This document shows positions 25,446 to 39,428 of a DNA stretch of 64,000 nt, piece after piece. Position 1 is the stretch's first letter. The number at the start of each line of letters is the position of its first letter. The DNA comes from Octopus bimaculoides (lineage: Eukaryota). Under the pieces are notes generated by a model that saw only the letters and a program-made list of their open reading frames with translations, made no database searches and was not told where the DNA came from. Location of the stretch: assembly GCF_001194135.2 (NCBI RefSeq), contig NC_068989.1, positions 1,191,040 to 1,255,039 on the forward strand, given 5' to 3'. The position numbers and the translations under genes were made by a program.

Positions 25446-26462
25446 GTACTCACATATTGAGTCCAGTACATAGAACCATAAACAAATACAAAGCTCTATC
25501 TACACGTGTACACACACATACACACACATTTATTGCAACAGATGCAATGATGGTGTTGGTGAGTCAACCAATTTTTATGTAGGTACTTGAGAAATCTGGT
25601 ATTTGATTTCAAACTTGTTTTATTTATCCGTACTTTCCATGAACTCTTCAATACCATCAAAGCAAAACATGTTCGAACATGAACTGAACATACCAGAAGT
25701 GTATAAAAGTGGCCAATTATAAGAGTTGCATAGGATTTTTATCAAACAATGTTGTTGTTTAATGCAGTTAGTTGGATACCAATGTCAAGTGGGATGAAGT
25801 AGGCCAATGCGTGTAGAGAGTTTACGTTGAGAAACTGGTCAAAACAGATCCAATTTTCCAGTTGTATTGTGTATGCGTGCGTGCGTGTGTGTGTGTGTAA
25901 CTGGTGACTGTTACACTTTCTTGACATGCGGTGACAAATTGTATGTGACAGGGGAGGGGGTAAGTATTGTGACTGCCTGGGCAGTTATTCTCTCAACTGC
26001 CCAGTCCATCTATGTAGTGTGGTGGTGATGGAGGTGGATAAGGTAGAGAGAGTCCGAGTGCAATATTTGCCATGGTGGTCTGTTGGGTATCTGATGTTGT
26101 GGTCAGTGTGGTGAGTGATACTGTCTAATGTATCCTGCTGTTTTTGTTTTTGAGATGGTAAAGTGATTTGAGAGAGATTTGGCTGCTATTATTAGCAAGT
26201 TGAGTAAGCAGTAGGGACTTCCTTCTTTGGTTCATGAATTGCTGTTGTAAAAACAGCCGAGTTGCCATTGAAGTTGACAAGCAAGGACTAGCAAGGTTTG
26301 TATGTTACAGCCAAATATCTAAGCAAGATGGTTGCCTTGGCTTCTGTTGGCATTTGTATTTTGTATTTGGAGTCATGAAGAAGAAGAAGAATGCCCAGCT
26401 GTAAAAATATTTGCTTAAACAACATGTGAAGCCCCAAATTTTCAAAATCCCACCTATTTGAT

Positions 26463-26465
<3 letters not shown>

Positions 26466-26536
<71 letters not shown>
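26466..26536. repeat. (AG)n microsatellite; representative of hundreds of SSRs
   Basis: Directly visible. Others include (AC)n 1-55, (TA/CA)n 3580-3850, (GAGT)n-like 5375-5505, (CAT)(CAG)n 37056-37123, (AG)n 52414-52483, (AAT)n 54708-54750. Confidence 0.98.
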
Positions 26537-29500
26537 CATTGAATCACTGTTTATTAAATCAGTTCAAAGTAATGGTACCTTTGGATTTTCTCTGACAGTG
26601 AACTTGTCAACTGTGTGTGTGTGTGTGAAAGGTAAGTCCTCATCTCGACACAGACTGACTCCTTCTCATTGAAACCTCTCTGAGATAGATAAGTGACAGC
26701 TACAAGAATTATTTAAAAGGAACATAGCATTAATATAACTTTTGGCCTTCTGTTTATGTTCCTTTTTAACCCTCCTCCTCCTCCTGCAGGAATCAGATAT
26801 ATCCTCTCAAGATCCCATTACCCTCAGTTTTATAAATCAATCTATCATTTGTAGAAGAATGTTATTTTGTGTTGGAATACATCATGTTTATTGAGGCAGT
26901 GTGGCAGTGTGACTTGCAGAAATACCAATTCCATTTTCTGGTAGACCTTTAACATCATTACTGGAATAACCATGAAATTCAATTTTGCAGCAATTGGCTA
27001 ATCACAGGAACCTGATTTCTTTTTGCATGTTTATTTATGCATTTTATCAGATTTGTCTAAATTTTGCAGATCATTCAATCCTTGATAACATGGTAACCTA
27101 CTTAAAATAATTAATTAGCTTAAGGTTAATATGCTGAACCACTAATTACCTGAGCAAGAATTCAAGCCTGTATTGTGCAAGACTAGTTATATCTCTCTCG
27201 TATCATGGATGAAGAGTTATCTCTAGGTGGGACTTGTATATCTGCAAAAGAATGGTTTCACCAAGATTTTAATATCTAATTATGCAACAACTAACTTCCT
27301 TATGCTAGTATGAAAAAGAAAATAGGGAGGCAGGGGTGGTGGTGGTGGTTTCCCTTTCCCTAATTCTGTTCTCATATTTTTTCTCAGCATTCTTACTCTA
27401 GAAGCAGTCATGCATTTAGGTTTCAGAATCCATAGGAACATGTGTATCTTTTTATCTTTTACTTGTTTCAGTCATTAGATTGCGGCCATGCTGGGGCACC
27501 ACATTGAAGAATTTTAGGCAAAACAAACTGACCCCTGTTCTTATTTTTATTTTAAGCTTGCGACTTATCTTACTGATAAAAAAAAAAAAAAAATTGTAGG
27601 ATTTTTTCCTGACTTCTGCCCAGATGTTGGCTACCCTCTACCCAAGGCTCACACTTGAAGCTATTTGTTTACTCTGGCTCCCTGACATTTTGGTGACAGC
27701 CACCTCCTGCTCTGTTGGAATGCTGAATAAATTCTTTGGAATTAAATGTGTTTGGTCATCTCTGTTCTAACACGAAACCTCTGGCTTTACTTTCCAATTC
27801 CCTTCCCAAAATGTAATGTTCTGCTGTCAGTGCGGGCAAACTGCTTAATGGCATTTTGTCTGTCTGTGTGTTTTGAGTTCAAATTCCACTGAGGTTGACT
27901 TTACCTTTCATCCTTTCAGGTCTGGTAAAATAAAGAACCAGTGAAACACTGGGGTCGATGTAATCAACTCCCCCTCCCCCCATCCCTTTGCAGTTGATTG
28001 TGTAGACATTAGCAAAATGCTGAAATGAAATAAAAATCATTTTGCAGAAAATTAAGGGTGTCAATGCCCTGAGAAANNNNNNNNNNNNNNNNNNNNNNNN
28101 NNNNNNNNNNNNNNNNNNNNNNNNNNNNNNNNNNNNNNNNNNNNNNNNNNNNNNNNNNNNNNNNNNNNNNNNNNNNNNNNNNNNNNNNNNNNNNNNNNNN
28201 NNNNNNNNNNNNNNNNNNNNNNNNNNNNNNNNNNNNNNNNNNNNNNNNNNNNNNNNNNNNNNNNNNNNNNNNNNNNNNNNNNNNNNNNNNNNNNNNNNNN
28301 NNNNNNNNNNNNNNNNNCTCCTGCTCTGTTGGAATGCTGAATAAATTCTTTGGAAGTTGTTTAATCCTGGGCCATCGTTCACCAAGCAGATCTACAATCA
28401 AAAGCATTCCAAAATCGACCATCTTGCCTGTATATCAGTAGGGTGTGATTTATGGGAGTGCTGACTGCTGTTTCTAGCACAAGTGATCCCATAGAGGCAC
28501 CTTTGATGGTTGTTGTGATGATGGTAATGATGATGATAGTGTTGGGAGTTGGGGTGCCAGTGATGTTGTTGTGATCCTTCCACTTTTGTTTTTCAATGTA
28601 GTCTCTGTGATTCTAGGACAATTTAAGTGGGTGGAGGGGACAGGGGGAGGGTTAGGGCTTAAGAACTGGTAATGTAACCATAGCAATGGTAGGAGATGGT
28701 GCAGTGGCAGTCTATACAGAAATAGTGTATAGGTGGTGGTGGTGGTGGGAAGTGTTTGTTATATATTTACTATTTATAGTGGGAAAGGGGCCGTTATATA
28801 ATGCTGTTATATTAAACATGTTAGGGCGTCTCTTAATGTTTGGATTTCAGAGGAAAGGGGAATTCTCACACTTTGTCAGTGTGTGAGGGGAAGGAGGAGT
28901 GCTATGAATTTAGTTTGGAAAGAAAAACATTGAAGGCAGCGAAATTGGTAGAAAATCAGTTTTGGCTCTGTGTGCTTCAGGTTCAAACCCCATCAGTGAA
29001 CTTTGTCTTTTATCGTTCAATATATAGATTGGTAGGGGTTGGTTAGCAGGTAGGTGATTAGATAGGTAGGTAGGTAGATCTTTTAAAAGAAGCAGCTTAT
29101 TACAATATTGCAAGACAGAAATATGAATCTCTATTCTCTCTTTCTGTCTCTCTCTCTCTCTCTCCCTCTCTTTCTCCTCTTCTCTCTTTGTCTTTGATAA
29201 ACACAAATGAATTTCTAAACATGATTGTTAAAAACTTGGTTAAATTATAAAGATATCACCTTCGAAAACTAAAAATTTCTTATTTTCAATAGTTGTGTCT
29301 TAATAATTTAACTAAATGCTTTTAGTCAGTGCTATGGACTAACACTCTCCCCTCTAAATTACTGGCCTTCTGCCTAAATCAGAGACCATCNNNNNNNNNN
29401 NNNNNNNNNNNNNNNNNNNNNNNNNNNNNNNNNNNNNNNNNNNNNNNNNNNNNNNNNNNNNNNNNNNNNNNNNNNNNNNNNNNNNNNNNNNNNNNNNNNN

Positions 29501-29783
29501 NNNNNNNNNNNNNNNNNNNNNNNNNNNNNNNNNNNNNNNNNNNNNNNNNNNNNNNNCTGTCGCTATGTTCTGAGTTCAAATTCTGTTGAGGTCGACTTTG
29601 TCTTTCATCCCTTCGAGGTTGATGAAACAAGTACCAGTTGAACACTGGGGGGGTCGATAGAATCAACTCATCCCCTCCCCCAAAATGGCTGCCCTTGTGG
29701 AAAAATTTAAAACTATTATTATTTCCGTATTTTTCAGAAATTGCTTGTGACTCGATTTCCAGAGAGCTCCTGGTTGGACGACA

Positions 29784-30053
29784 ATGGTGTTGAGGAGACA
29801 AGCAACAGTAGTTCAAGCTCGACAGCTACTCAATGCCATTGCGTATATCAAGCAACAGAAACAAATCCCCAACTTGGAGCGCATCACGCGCTACATGCAG
29901 CGAGAACACAAAGTTCCTCCCTCCGAAACCCACAAGCAGCTGCAGAATGCAGTCAAAGACAACTTCATCTTTTCTTACACTGCCATTGGCAACAAAGGTT
30001 CCAAGACTGGGATGGAACAGAAAGGATACAAGATTTCTGATGAAAGTGAGCTG
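29784..30053 (+). CDS. ZMYND11: ZMYND11/BS69 coding exon 1 (N-terminal SAMD1-like winged-helix domain)
   Basis: MVLRRQATVVQARQLLNAIAYIKQQKQIPNLERITRYM...GNKGSKTGMEQKGY matches the recalled human N-terminus (RRQAD...IRNQKQIANIDRITKYM...GCKGSKAGIEQEGY). Acceptor ttttcag ends at 29737, an in-frame TGA lies upstream of the ATG, donor GTAAGG at 30054; 270 nt, phase 0. Confidence 0.95.
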
Positions 30054-31068
30054 GTAAGGAATCTTTGTTTTACAATCTCTTTTCCCCTACAAAACTGCTG
30101 AGCCGGCAGAACGGTTAGCACGTTGGATGGAATGCTTCCTGGCAGTTCTTCTGACTTTATGTTCTGAGTTTAAAAATCCGTTGAGATCAACTTTACCTTT
30201 CATCCTTTCGGGGTTGATAAAATATCAGTCGAGGACTGAGGTCAATATAACTGATTAGCCTCTTGACCCCAAATTTCAGGCCTTTTGTGCCTCTAGCTTG
30301 AATGGACGCTGTATCGTTGTTGTAGGTGGGGCCTACAACAGAGTATAAAAACTCTGACACTGGTCCCTGTTTCTAGAGGCTGTTAGGGGCTGTTAGGGTG
30401 TGATGGTCACATTACGGACACAAACGTAAGCAACCACTTACAGTGCTAATTTCAATTGTTCTTGTGGAAAACCATTCCACAATGGGTTGAGGTTGGAGGG
30501 TCACATCATGTTTGGCAGTGCTTCTGCTTCTGCTGAGAGTTGAAAGTTAGTGTCTTGGCTACTTTGTTTGGCTTTTCCTGACAGTATTTCCACTGCTTTT
30601 GGTATAATTACAGATTACCAAAATGACAGGGTGTATGTTTGTATAAGTTTGTGCCTTATTATCATTGAGGGTCCATTTTCCATGCTGGAATGGGTTGGAC
30701 AGTCTAAGAGGAACTGCCAAGCCACTGGGCTATGATGAGCACCCACTATCATCTTTGGTATGGTTTCTATGGCTGGATGCCCTTCTAATGCTATCCACTT
30801 TACAGAGTGTACCGGGTGCTGTTCTCGTGCATATATGTCAGTATGTAGTGTTTCATTAGATGAAATTGCTCAGTTGCCAATGTTCTATTGACCTTGAACA
30901 ATGAGAGAAGTTGGTTTGTTTCTATCATTTCTGCCACTGTTACATCAGAATGGATTCTCTATCAATGGGTCTCTCAACAACTCCCTTCTATTTTAACTCT
31001 AGTCGGCCCTTTACTGCAACTCTTAAACTAATTCAGCGATTGCATTGTTTTTGTATTGTTCTTTGCAG

Positions 31069-31221
31069 GTTGATGATGGCCACGACTGGTATTGTTTCAA
31101 ATGCCATGGTCCAGGAGATGTTATTAGCTGCAACAAATGTTGGCGTGTTTTCCATTTAAGTTGCTTTGAAGAAGAAGAATCTTATACTAATGGTCACAAG
31201 CACATATGTTATATTTGCAAG
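31069..31221 (+). CDS. ZMYND11: ZMYND11 coding exon 2 (PHD finger)
   Basis: ctttgcag|VDDGHDWYCFKCHGPGDVISCNKCWRVFHLSCFEEEESYTNGHKHICYICK|gtaaag; C4HC3 PHD pattern, HDWYCF as in ZMYND11; 153 nt. Confidence 0.96.
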
Positions 31222-33444
31222 GTAAAGAAATTAAATTCAATCTAACAACCCCACCCCCACCCTTTATTTCAGTTTCAGTTTTTAAAAAGAAAGAAGAAAA
31301 TGTCTGAAATTAGTTTTCCTTGTGAACCGTTTCACATTTTGTGTTTTCTATGACTAACAATATTGAAATAGAATTTTGTTTCACTTCTTCAGTTTCTTTG
31401 TTTCATTTCAAAAATTATTTTGTTAGACAAACCAACTTCATGAATCCTATAATTGTAAAAAAATTGAAATATTTCATTATTGGTGGCCTTATTTTAGAGA
31501 TGAATGCCCCAAAACCCTCTCAGATACTTTTTTTCATCACTTAGAAGAGGAAGTGCAGAACCTGTGATTTTTTTTGTAGGGTTACCAAGGCTGAAATCAA
31601 CTTGTGGGTTATTCTCAGACCTGATCTCAATATTTACAACCGATTGGGCCCAGTTAAAGACTCTTAAGGACCAGGTGTGGGGGATCAAACTAGTTGACAA
31701 ATGAGGTCTACCACTCAAGAATATATTTCAGTTTATATGATCAACTTCTGAACTGTTTCCATTCACAAAGTCTGAGGAAGAAGACCCTTACGTAAGGTGC
31801 CACACAGTGAGATGATAGCCAGGTGAATATGCAGCGAGCCCTTTAAAAAGCATCCAGTACATTTTGTAAAGTGTTTGGCATTAAGAAAAGTATCCAGCCA
31901 TAGGAACCGTGGTAGAGAAGACAAATGGAATCTGGTGCGGCTCTCCAGCATGTCAGCTCTTCTCTCAAACCCTCTGATCCATGCCAGCATGGGAAGCAGA
32001 CATTAAATGATGATGATGATGATGATGAAACAGTTTTCATATTGTTTCTACAGCTCAGTCCATTTGGTTGCTCTACTTTGGAACCAGATCATCAAAGTTT
32101 TGTTTCTCACCCCCNNNNNNNNNNNNNNCCCTTTCATGACCAAATTTTATTCCCATTGTTTACTGCTTTGTTGCTCTTGTGGTGAGTGAAAACGACTGCT
32201 TTGTCATGTATTTCAGTAAATAAAAAAAAAATCCATAAAATTATTTCCAAACTGTTGCTATATCTTAACCAATATTCTTGTATTCTCTTTCTGTTCCTCT
32301 TAGGACATGCAGGTAAACCAATTTCTCAGCATCTATTTTATATGAAAATGCAAATTATTCTCTCTCTCCTTTTTTTTTTTTTTTTTTTTTTGTTTTTGTT
32401 GTCTTAGACTTGCACAAACCATGCTGATAATCTGCTTCACCAATTCTTTATGTTTGTGAAGGGTTTTTGCAAGACTCTGTACATTTTTATTCAAGAGGTA
32501 AAAGGAAAATAAATGAAAGTAAGAAACAGTAAAAAAAAAAAAAAAGGATTTAAATGCAAAGAAAAAACAAAGAAATAAATATTAATGATAAATTCTAAAA
32601 TGGGAATATTATACGCTTTCTTGAAGAAAATGGTAAATGGTGTGCTGAATTGACATCGATCATTTATACTGGATGATGATGATGATGATGATGATGATAA
32701 AGGTGATGATGATGATGATGATGATAAAGGTGATGATGATGATGATGATGATGATAAAATGATAAATAACAAAAATCTTGACTAAAACTAATCATGTCAG
32801 TTAATGATCGATTGCAATATTGGTAAAAACATGTTCTTTATCCAATATTTTACTTCTTGAAACTTAGACTTTTTTTTTACATTTAGTTTAATTCTTGCTT
32901 TATTTTTATATATAGATTTAAAAAAAAAAATATTATTTGCATCTTTCTTTTTGAAAATCTTTAATTGTCATTTTTTTTCTTCTTCTTCTAATTTTTGTTT
33001 GTTTAGCTTTTTTATACCTGCCAATCTGAAAGCTATTTCTGCATTAAATGCACGTTTCCTTTAATTAGTATTTGAATTGTATTAGCAAGGTTTGCCAGTT
33101 TTCTTTTAACCCCTGTCTCTAGACTAGGTTTTGCATATTTGCTCAGACCTTCCTTATAAACTTGTGTTGAGTGCAGTCCTCCAGAGTTCTGTTTCTGTTT
33201 TGTTTTGCACACTGTCATGTTAATTTACCTCCCACAGCTCTAGAAAACATTTCATATTAAAGTTTAATATGAATTATGATCTATAGAGATTCACAGCTGG
33301 CCAAGTGAATGATGTGACAATACATTATAGAAATGGTTAATGTTTCATTTCTCATCACCAGTCTTGTAATGACCATCACTAAATACATTTATCATATGTA
33401 TAATGTATGTACACACACATATGCATGTATGATTGTTTGTTTGT

Positions 33445-34130
33445 TTATTTGTTCTATTTTTAATTATTCTTGCAAGGAAGGAGCTGGTCTCTAACAAAGA
33501 TACAAAGCTCCAGATAATGAAAGCAATGTCACATTTTAAACTTGAAGAAAGTCTTGTATATTTTTACTGTTCCACTTACAGATTGTATTTGTAATATGTG
33601 AATCAGTTTGGTTGATTTCTTTGTTCTGAAAACCCTAGTGTGTCTAGATTGTCACTTAGTCATTTACTCACGGAACCAAATGTACCAGTTCTTATTGGTA
33701 TAAATGGGAAATTATAATCTGGATTATAGAAACTGGAGGTTCCGAAGCAATTGTCTATTGTTATTCTCTTTCTCTTCGATTTTCAAAGAGATATTCACAC
33801 CCGCAGGACAGTTGACTTCAATGATGGCACATACTTCTTTTTGTCTGTCCTGAACAATGATATCTGGTCTGTTGTTTACTCTTGACAGAAGTTTTGATGG
33901 AAATGCTTCACCGGTATTCCTTGTGTGGATGTTTATCTATGTATTCAATAACAGGGGCATTTTCCATATCTGTCCCAGGACACTCTGTCCTGAGATGAGT
34001 ATATGAGTGCTCAACCTAAAATTATTTCCCCTTAATAAAGCTACTATACACCAAGAAATGTATAATGTTCAATGGAGCTACAAACTTTATTGACATAGAA
34101 TCTATGTGAATCGATTACAAGCAGAGGATG
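33445..34130 (-). mobile_element. Decayed RLE-type (R4/Dong/NeSL-like) non-LTR retrotransposon 3' end
   Basis: Minus strand NNRPDIIVQDRQK (33843-33876) and CAIIEVNCPAGVNISLKIEEKEN (33760-33831) match the restriction-like endonuclease PD..E motif; ends ...LQIQSVSGTVKIYKTFFKFKM*. Confidence 0.75.
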
Positions 34131-37062
34131 CTCCACTGATTCTTGGAGTCATTGAGAATCATCTGTTGGTAAATAGAGACCAAGTACTGCATGATTCTGG
34201 TTCTGTTGCAAGCAGTTTGGTCATGGCTTTCTCCAACTTGTTCCAGAGGCTCTGAAAATGGTCCAGAGCATTGTTTTTTCCTCTGATTAAGCCAGAATTT
34301 CTTTTAGATATTTAAGTGTGATGTAAAACGAAACATACCCAACTGATCTCCAAATCACAGACTTTGTCTGGCTGTGACAGGAATTTGGTTCCAAAACAAA
34401 GAGGAATGTTTTGTCTGCAGATGAAATTTCAATGTAAACTCAGCAGTGTAGCCTGGGATAGTATCTTTTGGTAAACACAGTTGATTTCTGGTGCTTAATA
34501 TGTCTAATTAGCTCAATGTTAATTTGTCAGCTAGAAGAGGTGGCTGTCACCACCTGGCAGGTATTGGTTTTTAATTTAAAACTGTATTAGAACTGTATGT
34601 CACCTGTAATCTGTTCCTAACCAGTAACTTGTATGAGAAGAGTCTGTTGACATTAGGCAAGAGTAAGTGTAAATGCCTCACTCGTCAGCTTGAAATGGCT
34701 GGTGTTTTAGCTCCAGTTGTATGGTGTTAGGTGGGTGAGAGATTGAACCTCTCCCTATGTAGGATGCAAGTCCACCTTGGATGACAATTCTTAATGATCT
34801 GGTACATATTTCTGACAGTTAAGTGAAATGATTGTATCAATAATTTAAATAGACAAATACAGATTGAAAGACTTTGCAGTGAGTTTGATTTGAATGTAAA
34901 GCTTATAAGCTGGGATCACAGTTATTAGGCCGTTCCATTTGTACAGCAGCTGGTAGGAATTAGCTGGAATCTTGACATATTGGCTTGGAGCTGTGCTGTA
35001 ATCCTCTCATTGACAACTTGTAGGAGTAGAGTTGGCTTCGACAATCTGAGGAATAAGCGCTGTTCTGTGATTCGGTTCCTTACAATTATACATTGTAATT
35101 GATCTTGTTAAAGAAGTATCATCTTGTTTTGATGGAATTCAATGAGGAGGACGGGAGGATGGAGGGAGCAAACTTTGGGAGGGGGAGGGGGTGTTTGAGA
35201 GGAAATGGTTGAGAAATAGAGAAAGCTGGTTGGAGGAAAGAAGAGGTGGGTGAGGGTGGGGGTAATATGAAAGGAAGACAAGTGGTGGAGAGAGAGAGAA
35301 GAGGGAGGAGGAGGAGGAAGAATGCTGAAACAGGACAAAACAGAAGTTTGTAATTTTAGTCATTATTAGTGTTCCATATTTATAGAGGCCAATAACCTAA
35401 CAAGAAGTTGTGGAAAGTGGAGGAGGGAGAACATGGGTTCCAGCACCCCCTCCCCCTCCACTTCCGCTTGTCCCCCCCCACTTTTGTTCTCTTTTTTCTG
35501 GTTCCAGTTATGGAGCTATTTATTCTTGGTTACTTAAATAATCTCCATTTTTTTTCCTTCTTGTTTCATCTCTCCTCACACCATTCCTCTGAGAAGTCCC
35601 CCCCCCCCGCCAACTTTACATTCCACACAGCACATGAAACAACTGACAACACTACAATCTCAAAGGTTGTCGGTTCAAATCTGCTGTAAATACTTTGTTG
35701 CCTCTAATAATGAGTGACAGAGGTTTAATCAGTCGAGTGATAATGGAGAGCACAGCATCTCGGTTATTTCTGACTGATGGTCATATCAGGATTGATGGAA
35801 CAAGTACCAGTCAAATACTGGGGTTGAGGTAATTAAAGTTCCTACTCCTGGATCAAGATCAGTAATCCTCCTCCTCCTCCTGGTGTGCAGTTGTCCCCAC
35901 GTAAAAGTGGAGGTTACAGTTAGAACACAGAATATTGGATTATTTGCTCAGGGAAAATAATGTAGCAGTTTGTGTTGTAAAACGACCTCCACTGCTAAGT
36001 TGGAAATTAAGGTTGCCTTTTGGTTTTAATATTGCTTCTGTCACTGTATTAATTACTTGTTTTAATAGGCTCATTGGCTTTTTGCGATACCAGTGCTTGA
36101 TTAGACACTGAGCTTCTAAGTATTGCTGACAAAGGAATCACTGCTTTCTCTAGCATCAGGCATCTGCCCTTGACAAGGCCAAGGAAGGCTAAAATCATGT
36201 GATCTGAAGTCCCAGTGGTGATGGCAGAGGATTATCTCCTGCTAGCGATATAAACATGAGTGCTTCTATGCACCATAAGTCCATTAGACCAATTCTCTCT
36301 GGGCAAATAATGCAGTTTTCTACATTCTAACAAAACATCAACCTTCACATGGGGATAAATATTACCTCTTGGTTATTAATACTCTTCTGCCGCTATTAAT
36401 TATTTTTTATGGTGTGTAGTTGTTTGTGAAAGGATGGTCTCTGTCCGGCTGACGTGTACTTCATAAATAACTCAAAGAGCAAGTCTTCAGCTGGTGCCTC
36501 AATAACTTTTGATTACATTTACACATAATTTATTGAGTTACTTAGCTTGACACCCCACAGTTTGTTTCGTTAGTATCACAGGGTCATTATACACATCTGC
36601 CACAGTGTTAATGAGAAAGCTTCTACATTTTCACTTGATCTGCTAGAAATAGCAGTAATATCTTCTTCAAATCGCACCTTACTATCTTAATTATGGAGAA
36701 GAAATGTAGCTTTAGAAAGACAAAATAATTATAGTTGAAATGTTTTTGAGCATAAAACAGCTCAAAGAGGGCTGACCTGGTGCTAACAACAACTGTCACT
36801 GTTTTTGAGACGACAAGGGAACTGCTGTATGCTAGAAATAGCAGCCAGATCTGCTTGAAAATTCTACCCTTTTGTCTTAAAAAAGGGAGGTCACATTGGT
36901 TACCCTAGTATATGTGCTGGTCAGGGCTAGGAAGCCTTTGATGAGAGTTATACTCAATCAGGCAAAGTCAACTTCAGCAGAATTTGAACTCAGAAAGTAA
37001 AGACTGATGAAATGCTGCTAAACATTTTGTCTGGTGTGATAATGATTCTGCCAGCTCATCAT

Positions 37063-37123
<61 letters not shown>

Positions 37124-37124
37124 T

Positions 37125-37873
37125 CTCATGGCTTCTGATCTTAACTGATTGGAAGTGTTATCATGTACATTGTTTTGTCTTGGGGTATCAAAGATGGCCT
37201 ACAGCAAATATTCTGGTTAATACCACAGATTTGCTTGTCAGTTGTTTGACCTCAACCAGTTGAGCATGTCCCTTGGTGGCTGACGATATGTGCATCTCTG
37301 ATCACGAGCAGAAGTAGTGGGGGAGCATCATAGCCATGTGTTGAAAGGAATTCTTTGGAGTTTGGATAATTCACCTTTGGAAACATGGGTGTTTTGTTCA
37401 ACATCCTTAAACAACCCTTATTCAGGGACCTTTTGAGTGGGATGGGCTACTCGACCCCAAGAAAATTCTAACTGGGCCCCACCTGCGAGGTCATGCACTG
37501 TTTATCTTGATATGAGATCAGTATGTTGCGCACATATGGTTGTGATGCATGTGCCTGGTGTACCCTTATCGGACGGGTAGTCATGATGGGTATACTGGGC
37601 TTCGTATGGAAGTGTTATCATGGACACTGTTTTGTCTTTGGTATAAAAGATGGGACTACAGCAAATATTCTGCTCAATACCACAGATCTCTTTGTCAGTT
37701 GTTTGACCTTGACCAGTTGAGCATGTCCCTTGGTGGCTGACGACATGTGCATCTCTGATGAAGAGCAGAAGTAGTGTGGGGAGCATCATAATCATCATGG
37801 GAACACTGGGCTTCATATATTTTACCCCAGTGTCACTTTGATGGCATGCACTGCTCTCTCACTCAACAACAAC

Positions 37874-37890
<17 letters not shown>
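37125..37890 (+). repeat. Interspersed-repeat-like element with an internal 182-bp direct duplication and (AAC/AAT)n tail
   Basis: 37151-37332 is duplicated at 37608-37790 (period 457 bp); ends ...GCACTGCTCTCTCACTC-(AAC)(AAT)n. Confidence 0.65.
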
Positions 37891-37909
<19 letters not shown>

Positions 37910-38482
37910 GCTGCTTCTGCTAGGCTTGGTACGCATGATCAGTCACCTAAATTGATTCAATGACAACAGCTGTAGCATCACTGCTGCCCCACCACCACCA
38001 CCACCACAACAACAAAATTATTTCCTATAATGACAAATTCCTTTCCAATAGATTCTTTGATTCTTCATATGAAAAAAAAGAAAAAAAGAAAAGAAATGAA
38101 TGTGTTTGTTTGATGCCATTTGATATTGATTTAATCCTTCTGGAACATTCTGGACTTGAAGAATGAGTTGTCTCCCCAACCTCCACATCCGTATTATTAC
38201 CACCACCACCACCACCACCTCCTTCCCCTCCACCATTTACAGCATTTCTACTTTCACCACTACCACCATTACTACCACCGACATACTACCACTATCTTTA
38301 CTAAGAACTGCCACTGCCATCGCCACCACCACCACCTTTTTTACTACTACTACTATCCTGAACTCTGCAACGTCTGCCATCACCCCCCCCCCACTGATCA
38401 ATACTTGTATTTGGTTTGAAGCTGATGTTCCAAGTATTGATTTCACTGGCTCTGACAGATGGACAGGCTCACTCCACACTGG

Positions 38483-38522
<40 letters not shown>

Positions 38523-39300
38523 ATGGGACATCATACAATGACAAAGCCACAACACAAACCTCTCAGTTGAGGAGAATCAACCAACGGTTGGCATTGTCTT
38601 GAAGGATGACCATTGGGGAAAGTTTGGTTATCTGGTGTGTACTTTTTTTTTTTAGGGGTCCATCATGTCATTGCTGAGCCGGCTGGTGATCAAAGACCTT
38701 TTAGCCATGACCATCCTGTCCTGTAGAAGACAGGCAGTGTGTGATTCATTTGAGATTTGGCTGTTATTTTTGTGGGCCCAACGACTATGGAGAAGTTCCC
38801 TTGATGGGTGCATCCAAAATGCTGTTGCTAGTCGTCATTGTCATCATCACCATTCTCGTTATTACAAACCTAATTAGAATCATTAACAATATAATTTTCA
38901 TTGTCCTTTGGTTAAACTTCCTGGATTTCCTTACAATCTCCAGCATCATTTTCCATTCACACTTGATTTGTATTTATTCACCTCTTTTTACACAGACTTA
39001 CTGCAAGAATATACCCTCCATAGGTCTTTCTCTTACTCCACTTACAAGCACACTATACACTGCCCTCCTCCTCCTCCTCCTCCTCCCTCCCTCCCTCCCT
39101 CCTATTCCTCCATCTGTATTGTATTGTCAATGGCTGAGAGAATGGTGGTGCCAAACTTCTGGATCTTAGACTTTACCGTTTGTGTCCTGTGGGCAAGCAC
39201 GACATGCTATATAATTCATATCACATAAAATCTTTTGATAAAGCACAAAATACCCTGGCTTTTAGCTTCCATGTTCTTATTAAATATTCATATCATCCCT

Positions 39301-39335
<35 letters not shown>

Positions 39336-39397
39336 GTAAATGAGTGCATGTCGTTATGCAAAATATTTTGCTACAAACACAAGAACTTGCATATAAT

Positions 39398-39428
<31 letters not shown>

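Noticed and set aside
27704-28356. About 40-bp direct repeat (CTCCTGCTCTGTTGGAATGCTGAATAAATTCTTTGGAA) on both sides of a gap
   Set aside because: One copy abuts the N-run at 28317, so an assembly artefact or ordinary repeat fragment cannot be excluded.
37012-37263. Poly-His/poly-Gln ORF
   Set aside because: (CAT)(CAG)n microsatellite between a SINE fragment and another repeat; no splice context.
37151-37790. TRIM or LTR mini-element
   Set aside because: No primer-binding site, polypurine tract or TSD despite TG...CA-compatible direct repeats.
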